The position numbers and the translations under genes are program-made. This document shows positions 1-6,776 of a stretch of 14,728 nt of DNA, one piece after another; the stretch's first letter is position 1; every line of letters begins with the position of its first letter. Below the pieces are notes generated by a model. The model was given only the letters and a program-made list of their open reading frames with translations, did no database searches and had not been told where the DNA came from. The stretch lies in assembly GCA_034722955.1 (NCBI GenBank), contig JAYEOM010000060.1, positions 1 to 14,728 on the forward strand. The letters are read 5' to 3'. The DNA is from Campylobacterota bacterium. GTDB taxonomy: Bacteria > Campylobacterota > Campylobacteria > Campylobacterales > Sulfurovaceae.

Positions 1-49
1 CCCTATGCTCTATACTATCCATATGGGTAGATTTGTTTTGTACACTTCC

Positions 50-2788
50 TTATGAAAAGATGTATAGTGAATCCCTGACACTCTCTATATCAAATGTCTC
101 TACACTATCTTGATATGCTATATCATCCAGCTCTATACTATACTCATGCTCCATATCACTTTTTAGATCTGTCAATATATCCAGTTTGTGCATCTGCACA
201 AATGTATCTTTGGTAGCTTCAAGAAGAGTATCTATATCACAGGCATGAGTCCCAAATGAGTCATGTATAGTGGCAAAAGAGTCTGTACCTTTTTTTTGTG
301 ACTCCAGAACAGTTAAAAACAGATGAGTGGCATCTAGCGAGTGGATAAAGTTGGGGGATATGCCTTTGGTCTGTTCTGTGTGATCTATCTTGTCTGTAGG
401 TATTCTGATCTGTATAGAGTATTTTTTGCCATTGTATTTTGTGGATATCTTATCTATCTTGGTCTTGAACTCTTCTTGTATCACCTCTAGTCCTATGATG
501 GGTGTCTTCCATCTCAACTCTCTGTTTTGTTTTGCTGACTTATTGGCTATCTTCTTCATCCACTCTTTATAGGTGCTCGATGATGATAGCTCTTGGCTCA
601 TAGCCTCCCCTATCTTGTCCCTTAGATATATAGAGATAGCATCTGTAGTCGCTTCATCCCATTGCAGTTTTTCTTGCAGATTGTCATTCAAATAATCTTT
701 TATCTGTGATAGTTTTGCATCGGCTCCTGCCCCATAAACTTCTGTCATGACATTTTTCTTGGTCAAATCCCTGCTAATCTCCAGATAGATTTCATCTATA
801 TATTTTTTCTCTATCCTTATCTCCGTTTTATCTTTTTTGATGATATATCCACTATCTCTATCTATCAGCTCTTTTGTCTTGATGGCAACATCTTTATAGA
901 TATCATTAGGTGTTTCTTGATCTTTTGATGGCAAAACATTGACTTTTGATGCTCCCTTTTTGTCTCGCAGGAGTGCAGTGATATGCTGGAAGCCATTGTT
1001 TGAGCCATCCATAGCTATAGGCAGAGCTGACTTGAAGTTGTCAGGATCTTCGATAAATCCTCTATACTCATAAGCAAATGCTAGAAAGCCATAGGGTTTA
1101 TCTGCCTTCCGCAAAAATGTACTATCAAATCTATCTCTGTTTGCAAAAATTCCAAGAATATCATCTTTGTGTATATCTATCCAATTGACCCTGTCATCAA
1201 AAGATATCTTGTCCTCGCCATAGAGATTTGCTCCGTGGATCTTGAACCACCTCTCACCACTCTCTCCTAGAGGCTTCTTGATAGCAAATCTCAGCAGTGC
1301 TTTTGCCAAATCGTCTCCTTGGGGATTGAGTAGTGGCTGTGCAGGGTATGTTCTGCCTCTGAAGTCTACCTGCCATACGAAGTATATCTCATCATATTTT
1401 GCATATTTTTTGGCTTTTTCGATAGTGAGTTTATCGATATTGATTTCACATTCGAGTGTACCAATGCCAGTCAGCACCTCCTGATGTGCCTCTCTCGCTC
1501 TTTTTTGTTCCTGATATTTCTCTAGGATATTTTCGTCTATCTTCTCCTCGGAAAACCCCATCTCTTCGAGCAGCTCTTTTTGTCCTTGAAGTTTTGTCTT
1601 TATCTCTTTGAGGGAGCTGTATCTTTTTTCTTTCTCTTTTTTCAGCTCTTTTATCCTCTCTTTTGCTTGCTCTTTCAGCAGCTTTAGATGACTCTCTATA
1701 TCATCGATCAGATCACTGTTTATCTGCCATTTGGTATCTTGTATTATATTGATGGCCTTGAGCAGTTTGGGGCTAAATGTCTCCCTGCGACTCTCTACAT
1801 TTTGTCCGTCTCTTTTGGTCTTTGATTTCATTATAGATAGGTCGTATTTTGGCGAGCTATCCAAATCCCTGAGAAACCCTCCATCATCTATAGTCGTCCA
1901 TGGAGTCGGGGGAACAATCATAGGTTCAAATGATGGTGGTGTATATTTGAGTATCGCATTGTATATGTTTCGGCTCTCTTTTTCAAATGCTTTGCTAAAT
2001 TTATAGTTCAGAAAGCCCCCATCTTTTTCGTACTCTTCTAAGATACCCAAATTTATCAATTCGGCAAAGAGCTCTATGGCTACATCTATCTCTGTATCGT
2101 TTTCCCAAGCCTCTATCTTGAGCTTGTCTCTTTTGAATCTAAAGGCGACATGTTCAAAGAGAGACTCTGCTATAGTATTGGTGATCCCTTGCCTGCTTGT
2201 AGAGTTGTCATCTTCGCTATGTAGATCTTTGACTAGTAAACCAGATAGAGTCTGGAGTGTTATCCATGCCACTTCACCACTGCTGAGCAGTATGGTGGCT
2301 AGAGACATAACCTGCTCTTTCTGCTTGAGCCCCAGCTCCTCTATACTGCTCTGTAGATCTACATTTTTATCTTTGAGTATTTCAAAAGTTCTCTTGATGA
2401 CAGATGCTTCGACTCTACCCTCTCTTTTGACTTTTTTAGGATTGAGACCGTAGATGGATTTGTCATTTACCTTGTCTTGCAATCCTATGGCAATATTTTT
2501 GGCTTTTTCTTTGAGATTGTAGTCTGGCAAACTCTCCTCGCCATACAGTTTGCATATCTCGCTTTTGTATCTATCGCTGATAAATATCTTCTCTATTACT
2601 TTGGGCATCTTTTTATTTCTCAGGGTACAGATCTCATCTGAGAGTCTCTTGAGATATATTTTGCTGAAGGTATCTTTGGTTGATCGTTTTTGATTTTTTG
2701 ATTTTTTGTCAATGATCTTTTGCATTTTCTCTTCAAAATCTTCGATAGTCTGTGATTGTAGTTTTAGCTGTTTTTCTCGCAGATTCAT
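50..2788 (-). CDS. T7/T3/SP6-like single-subunit DNA-dependent RNA polymerase (about 912 aa)
   Basis: All hallmark motifs are present in order: PMIVPPTPW, DFRGRTYP, LNPQGDDLAKALL, WFKIHGANLYG-DK, ADKP-FLA, motif A PIAMDGSNNGFQH, DIY, motif B RDLTKKNVMTEVYGA, PNFIHSLDATHL and motif C IHDSFGTH. Start moved from 2824 to the ATG at 2788 (MNLREK), which has AAAAGGT 7 nt upstream. Confidence 0.96.
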   Translation of the reverse strand: MNLREKQLKLQSQTIEDFEEKMQKIIDKKSKNQKRSTKDTFSKIYLKRLSDEICTLRNKKMPKVIEKIFISDRYKSEICKLYGEESLPDYNLKEKAKNIAIGLQDKVNDKSIYGLNPKKVKREGRVEASVIKRTFEILKDKNVDLQSSIEELGLKQKEQVMSLATILLSSGEVAWITLQTLSGLLVKDLHSEDDNSTSRQGITNTIAESLFEHVAFRFKRDKLKIEAWENDTEIDVAIELFAELINLGILEEYEKDGGFLNYKFSKAFEKESRNIYNAILKYTPPSFEPMIVPPTPWTTIDDGGFLRDLDSSPKYDLSIMKSKTKRDGQNVESRRETFSPKLLKAINIIQDTKWQINSDLIDDIESHLKLLKEQAKERIKELKKEKEKRYSSLKEIKTKLQGQKELLEEMGFSEEKIDENILEKYQEQKRAREAHQEVLTGIGTLECEINIDKLTIEKAKKYAKYDEIYFVWQVDFRGRTYPAQPLLNPQGDDLAKALLRFAIKKPLGESGERWFKIHGANLYGEDKISFDDRVNWIDIHKDDILGIFANRDRFDSTFLRKADKPYGFLAFAYEYRGFIEDPDNFKSALPIAMDGSNNGFQHITALLRDKKGASKVNVLPSKDQETPNDIYKDVAIKTKELIDRDSGYIIKKDKTEIRIEKKYIDEIYLEISRDLTKKNVMTEVYGAGADAKLSQIKDYLNDNLQEKLQWDEATTDAISIYLRDKIGEAMSQELSSSSTYKEWMKKIANKSAKQNRELRWKTPIIGLEVIQEEFKTKIDKISTKYNGKKYSIQIRIPTDKIDHTEQTKGISPNFIHSLDATHLFLTVLESQKKGTDSFATIHDSFGTHACDIDTLLEATKDTFVQMHKLDILTDLKSDMEHEYSIELDDIAYQDSVETFDIESVRDSLYIFS

Positions 2789-2805
2789 TGCTTTACCTTT
2801 TTGAT

Positions 2806-2827
2806 AGTTTGCACATATAGACAAAAG
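2806..2827 (+). repeat. 22-bp direct repeat copy 1, AGTTTGCACATATAGACAAAAG; candidate phage-type RNAP promoter
   Basis: Identical to 2878-2899. The CACATATA-G core resembles the T7 CACTATA-G and SP6 GACACTATA-G initiation regions. The repeat is seen directly; promoter function is inferred. Confidence 0.75.
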
Positions 2828-2877
2828 AGTCTCGTCTTAGATTTTAGATTATATCTATATTTAGTTGAGATTTCTAA

Positions 2878-2899
2878 AGTTTGCACATATAGACAAAAG
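2878..2899 (+). repeat. 22-bp direct repeat copy 2; candidate phage-type RNAP promoter
   Basis: Identical to 2806-2827, offset by 72 bp. Confidence 0.75.
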
Positions 2900-2941
2900 G
2901 TTTCAAAGCTTTGCGTCAAAATATAATACAAAGGAGAGTCA

Positions 2942-2995
2942 ATGCTATGTGAATTAGTATGCATTATAGTTAAAGAGATAGAAGAGAACCTTTAA
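2942..2995 (+). CDS. Mini-ORF A, 17 aa (MLCELVCIIVKEIEENL)
   Basis: Strong SD AAAGGAG just upstream of ATG 2942; stop TAA at 2993-2995. No recognisable homology. Confidence 0.4.
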   Translation: MLCELVCIIVKEIEENL

Positions 2996-3008
2996 CATAA
3001 AAAAATAC

Positions 3009-3049
3009 TGCCTGTGATGGCTAGAGATACTCGAAACAAAGAGTACTCA
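3009..3049 (+). repeat. 41-bp repeat R1 copy 1 (GCC-TGTGAT-GGC hairpin plus TACTC-N8-GAGTA hairpin)
   Basis: 38/41 identical to 3307-3347 by eye alignment. Confidence 0.85.
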
Positions 3050-3078
3050 TCATATTTAATACCACAAAAAGGATCCAA

Positions 3079-3165
3079 ATGATACCGATTCCAGTATGTA
3101 TACAGATTGTGACTGTTGTTGCAACAGCTGTAGCAGGGAAAAAGTTGTTGTCGGATAAAAAGTAA
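3079..3165 (+). CDS. Mini-ORF B, 28-aa hydrophobic peptide (MIPIPVCIQIVTVVATAVAGKKLLSDKK)
   Basis: SD AAAAGGA upstream of ATG 3079. About 19 hydrophobic residues followed by a lysine-rich tail, as in single-pass membrane peptides. Confidence 0.55.
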   Translation: MIPIPVCIQIVTVVATAVAGKKLLSDKK

Positions 3166-3177
3166 GGCTTATGCCTT

Positions 3178-3200
3178 TATGTGTAGCTTGAGATAGCTAT
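3178..3200 (+). repeat. 23-bp repeat R2 copy 1 (TAGCT-TGAGAT-AGCTA hairpin)
   Basis: 21/23 identical to 3590-3612. Confidence 0.8.
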
Positions 3201-3227
3201 CTACCATTTATTACAAAAGGAGCTTAA

Positions 3228-3284
3228 ATGCTGAAATTAGAAAAACTCACAACCGTTGTGCTGCCTCCGGTTCTATGGGTGTAG
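3228..3284 (+). CDS. Mini-ORF C, 18 aa (MLKLEKLTTVVLPPVLWV)
   Basis: Strong SD AAAAGGAG upstream of ATG 3228. Its start context (TACA-AAGGAG...AATGCT) mirrors mini-ORF A. Confidence 0.4.
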   Translation: MLKLEKLTTVVLPPVLWV

Positions 3285-3306
3285 TGTGTTTGCAGAGATA
3301 GTGTGT

Positions 3307-3347
3307 TGCCTGAGATGGCTAGAGATACTCAAACCAAAGAGTACTCA
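3307..3347 (+). repeat. 41-bp repeat R1 copy 2
   Basis: 38/41 identical to 3009-3049. All three differences fall in predicted loops. Confidence 0.85.
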
Positions 3348-3370
3348 AAATTTTTTTCAAAAGGATTGCA

Positions 3371-3583
3371 GTGAGAGTATCGTATCACGCGGGTGAGAGG
3401 TTTTTACAGAGGGTATTCAAGTTTAGAGACTATACCAAAAAGCAGGTTTTAAATGCTATGAAATTGATAGAGAGAGATATATCCCATATCGAGTATCGCC
3501 ATTCAAACTTTGTACTGCCCTCTTTTCCCAACTACAGATGTATCGTAGCGGACAATACTTTAGTGACCATCGTACCCAAATGA
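3371..3583 (+). CDS. Small protein D, 70 aa, possible RelE/BECR-fold (DUF4258-like) RNase
   Basis: GTG start with SD AAAAGGA. The N-terminal S-x-HA-x-ERF-x-QR and C-terminal LVTI strand are a pattern seen in small BECR-type proteins. The fold call is an inference. Confidence 0.65.
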   Translation: MRVSYHAGERFLQRVFKFRDYTKKQVLNAMKLIERDISHIEYRHSNFVLPSFPNYRCIVADNTLVTIVPK

Positions 3584-3589
3584 TGAGTC

Positions 3590-3619
3590 TATGCGTAGCT
3601 TGAAATAGCTATTTTTTTT
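3590..3619 (+). terminator. R2 copy 2 hairpin (TAGCT-TGAAAT-AGCTA) followed by T8; candidate intrinsic terminator of the mini-ORF array
   Basis: 5-6 bp stem with a T-tract at 3612-3619. It overlaps the stop codon and last Lys codons of the convergent minus-strand gene, so the T-run may partly reflect coding. Confidence 0.5.
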
Positions 3620-5426
3620 GCATTTTCAAGATCTCATCTCTAAACTCCAATATTTCACTTTTGCTGAAACTATGCTCATCAAAACCAAAAAATCCAAACC
3701 CACCCCCATAGTAGGCTTTTTGCTCCTCTACTATATGTCGAAACATTGTGACTATCTTCTCTATACCATCTCCATAGTAGTTGAGTTTGCTGTCGTTGTA
3801 GATCAGTATATTTTTACCATAGAGTCTGTCGGCTATAGGTGAAAACTTATCTGTGAATGCCTTGACTACTGTAGTATTTCCCTCTTTTTTTTGCATTTTT
3901 ATAGATTCTATCGCCAATTGCTCATCTTTTTTGGTAACTCCTTGGGCTTTTCTATCTTTTTTGCGTATCTCATCTATCTCGTTTTGGCTTGCACCAAACT
4001 CTCTCATAGCTGGTATGTATCCGCTGTCATTGAGGGCTATGAGCATCTCCTGCCTGCTCAGTTGTACCCCTAGCGTATCAGCTACCTGTTCCAGTGAACT
4101 CTTGTTTTTTTGTTTCTCATTGTGGTGGTCTATAGTTAGATAGTTTGCCGGTAGTTCTATATCTTCTATGAGTTCTATACCTATATATAGATAGTTGTTT
4201 TTGAGTCGGTCGCTATAGCTACCGAGCTTTGCCCCCCATGATAGAGAGTGATCATAGTAGACTTGAGCATATCTATCTAGCAGCTTTTTGATAGTTCTCA
4301 TCTCCAGGTCATATCCGCCGAGTAGAAAAACTCTCTTTTTTAGTTGGAAAAATGGTGATATCTTTTTGTGAAATTTCTTTGTACCAAAGGTATGGGCATT
4401 GTATATCTCTATACTATTTGTGATCGCTCTGAGTTTTGCATTTTTGCCAAACAGTGTTTTGGGTTTTTGTATTTTGTGGCTATTGTCAGGATATATATTG
4501 ATGATCATATTTTTGCTGTCATCACCGAAGTATCCCAGCAGGGAGTCGCTCTTGTAGATGATATCCTGAGCTGATATATTGTCTCCGAGTTTGCACTCTA
4601 TGGTATAGATATGGTTCTCCTTGATAGCCAGTATATCAAACTCGTTGAATATCTCTATATCATAGGGATCATCCTCTGCAGAGTCAAAGAGCAGTACCGC
4701 ACCCACTTTAATATCGTCAAAATCGTAACACAAAAGGCTAAGATAGGTAAACTCCTCAAACAGCGTACCAAAATAACTGATATTTCTCAATGCCCTGTAG
4801 TCACTCCCTATCATACCTAGATCTATAAGAGCCTCTATCTGCCCAGGGTATGCAGAGGCTATCGCCTGTAGTCTGTTCTGGTGCAGGTATCTCCTGATCC
4901 TAAAGAGGATATTGAAGTCGCCAAAGAGCAGCAGCAGTGACTTTTTTTTGCTCAATATCTTCGCTTTATCTATCTCATTGGTGAGTTGATAACCCAGAGA
5001 GAGTACAAAGTCATCTACCATCATGTTGTGGGTGATAGTGTGACTGCCAAATCCACTCTCATCTATCAGATTGTAGCTATTTTCGAACTTGTCATAGGCT
5101 ACTATCTTGCCCCCATTGTGTAGGATAGACCCAGAGAGTACGACTAGCAGTGCGGTATCTGCATTGGTGGCATTGAGATAGAGTTCTGTAGTATCGATAC
5201 CATTGATATGGTTTTGGATGGAGAGCATATCTGCCTTGGAGTCCTCGTCTACCTCTATGAGCTCCACCTCTTGTGCTAGTGATACTATCCATCTCTGTAT
5301 CTTGAGTGCATAGTGCTTCTCTTTGTCGTCGTAGATGAGTATATGTTTGGTTGTTCTATCTATAAATTCAAAGATGATGGGTACAAGCTCGTGGAGGTCT
5401 CTGCTGATGATAGTGATGAGTGTCAT
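3609..5426 (-). CDS. Fusion of a Card1/Can2-like CARF + PD-(D/E)xK nuclease (DUF1887-like) with a C-terminal NrN-like DHH phosphodiesterase (about 605 aa)
   Basis: N-terminal Rossmann/CARF-like start MTLITIIS...LYLNATNAD. Nuclease motifs GTLFEEF and NEFDILAIKENHIYTIECKLG. From about 4340 a second domain: RVFLLGGYDLEM, LSWGAKL, IDHH, SSLEQVA, NDSGYIPAM, DRKAQGVT. The ATG at 5426 is preferred because the 5630 start would overlap corA. Confidence 0.75.
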   Translation of the reverse strand: MTLITIISRDLHELVPIIFEFIDRTTKHILIYDDKEKHYALKIQRWIVSLAQEVELIEVDEDSKADMLSIQNHINGIDTTELYLNATNADTALLVVLSGSILHNGGKIVAYDKFENSYNLIDESGFGSHTITHNMMVDDFVLSLGYQLTNEIDKAKILSKKKSLLLLFGDFNILFRIRRYLHQNRLQAIASAYPGQIEALIDLGMIGSDYRALRNISYFGTLFEEFTYLSLLCYDFDDIKVGAVLLFDSAEDDPYDIEIFNEFDILAIKENHIYTIECKLGDNISAQDIIYKSDSLLGYFGDDSKNMIINIYPDNSHKIQKPKTLFGKNAKLRAITNSIEIYNAHTFGTKKFHKKISPFFQLKKRVFLLGGYDLEMRTIKKLLDRYAQVYYDHSLSWGAKLGSYSDRLKNNYLYIGIELIEDIELPANYLTIDHHNEKQKNKSSLEQVADTLGVQLSRQEMLIALNDSGYIPAMREFGASQNEIDEIRKKDRKAQGVTKKDEQLAIESIKMQKKEGNTTVVKAFTDKFSPIADRLYGKNILIYNDSKLNYYGDGIEKIVTMFRHIVEEQKAYYGGGFGFFGFDEHSFSKSEILEFRDEILKMQKK

Positions 5427-5486
5427 ATCGCTACTTTTTAATTTAATTTTATCCAAAAGTGCTATCATAAGAGCTAAAGGATTTGT
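5427..5486. promoter_or_regulatory. 60-bp divergent promoter region between the CARF-nuclease/NrN gene and corA
   Basis: Plus strand: extended -10 TGcTATCAT at 5460-5468 and SD AAAGGA at 5476-5481. Minus strand: -10-like TATGAT (5469-5464) and TAAAAT (5451-5446). Confidence 0.5.
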
Positions 5487-6767
5487 ATGCCACAAGATAT
5501 ATATAGTTGCCATACTTTTATGTTGCCATTTATCATAGAGTGCTATGATCACAAGAGAGAGATCATCGAAGCCAAAAGCTGGCAATATAAGGAACACAAA
5601 GACAACTATAATGAGATAGCATATTTTCATAGCTTCTTCAAAGATAGTATGTTTACCAAAGATAAGGATGCAAACTCTTCATTTTATACCAAAGATGAGT
5701 ATAGGGATAGTCAGTTTGTCATCAGCAGATCAAAAGAGTATGAATTAAATCTTAAAAGTGTAAACCTTAGAGTGTTTAAGACAGGTGTAGGGATATTATC
5801 TTTTCATATAGAAAATAGATCATATTCAGATATCAAAGATATCCTGGAAATCAATGACTATGGCAGGAGAATCTATCCCGAATATTTAGATGAAAAACTC
5901 CAATGCACTCTTGTCCCAAACTATATTCGATTAAAAGATATAAAAGAAGATTTTAGATACGATCAACAACCCACAAAAATAAAACTCTCAAAAATCATAA
6001 CAGAGTTTCTACCAGAAGAGAAAATAAGAACAGCCATAGATGATAGAATGTTCGTTATAAGTTTTTACAAAAACAGTAGTTTTTCAAATGATCTGAAAAG
6101 AGATTATATGAAAAATAGTAAGTGGTATGAGTATATTTTCATAGATGGAAATGGTCTCAATGTCCAAAATCGTGAAATGCAAAACAATCTAGTCAAAAAA
6201 GCCACCTATCCCAGATGGCAGGGCTATGGTACTATGTATGGTATCAGCAGATACTCTTTTGTATGTGTGGCAGATGAGAGTGAGTTTATCAGAGAGACTG
6301 TTGAGGTGCATATGCAGACGATCTATTTTCAGATGTTTTCTCTACTCTTGATGCTGAGGGCTACTATATTGAAGTTCTCCAAAGAGGTGAGTGATATAGC
6401 TAAAGAGATAGACACTAAAGGCACAGATATTAAAGTCGAAGATCTATACAAACGATATATACAGTTCGTAAATAGCTTCTACTTCAGAGAGATAACAGCC
6501 AAAGACCAAGGTCTAGAGCTATATGATCAAGCTAGAGAGATACTGAGGATAGATAGTGACATCAAAGACTTGGACAATGAGATAGGGGAATTGCATAGAT
6601 ATGTCTCAATGATAGAGGGCAATGAGAATACCAAAAAAATGGATAGATTGCAATATTGGGGTTTTCCTCTGCTCTTTTTGTCTCTTATCACTGGTTTTTT
6701 TGGTATGAATATATTCCCACAAGGCTTTTTAGACACCATATCCAATTGGCTTAAAGCGTTATTTTAA
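5487..6767 (+). CDS. corA: CRISPR type III-associated CorA-family membrane effector
   Basis: Large soluble N-terminal domain (IDDRMFV, TYPRWQGYGTMYGISRYSFV, YFREITAKDQGLELY), then a TM helix ending in the CorA signature ITGFFGMN. First gene of the cmr operon. Confidence 0.88.
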   Translation: MPQDIYSCHTFMLPFIIECYDHKREIIEAKSWQYKEHKDNYNEIAYFHSFFKDSMFTKDKDANSSFYTKDEYRDSQFVISRSKEYELNLKSVNLRVFKTGVGILSFHIENRSYSDIKDILEINDYGRRIYPEYLDEKLQCTLVPNYIRLKDIKEDFRYDQQPTKIKLSKIITEFLPEEKIRTAIDDRMFVISFYKNSSFSNDLKRDYMKNSKWYEYIFIDGNGLNVQNREMQNNLVKKATYPRWQGYGTMYGISRYSFVCVADESEFIRETVEVHMQTIYFQMFSLLLMLRATILKFSKEVSDIAKEIDTKGTDIKVEDLYKRYIQFVNSFYFREITAKDQGLELYDQAREILRIDSDIKDLDNEIGELHRYVSMIEGNENTKKMDRLQYWGFPLLFLSLITGFFGMNIFPQGFLDTISNWLKALF

Positions 6768-6776
6768 GGAAAAAAA

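Noticed and set aside
2789..2824. ORF-track start of the RNAP at 2824
   Set aside because: It is a non-ATG start without an SD and runs through the 22-bp repeat. ATG 2788 has a good SD.
2922..2927. TATAAT as a sigma70 -10 for mini-ORF A
   Set aside because: It is so close to the SD (2930-2936) that the start site would fall inside the RBS. It cannot be excluded, but it is not supported enough to call.
2806..3612. Repeats interpreted as a CRISPR array
   Set aside because: There are three different repeat types with only two copies each, the spacing is irregular (72-412 bp), and the intervening sequences carry RBS-led ORFs. There is no constant repeat with 30-40 bp spacers.
4588..4602. Partial third copy of the putative RNAP promoter (AGTTTGCACTCTATG)
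   Set aside because: Only 9 consecutive bases match, the TATAG core is absent, and it coincides with the conserved IECKL nuclease codons.
5427..5630. Hydrophobic N-terminal extension (apparent TM or signal peptide) of the 673-aa ORF
   Set aside because: It overlaps the corA 5' end on the opposite strand and the divergent promoter. It is most likely a shadow read-through; the CARF domain begins at M5426.
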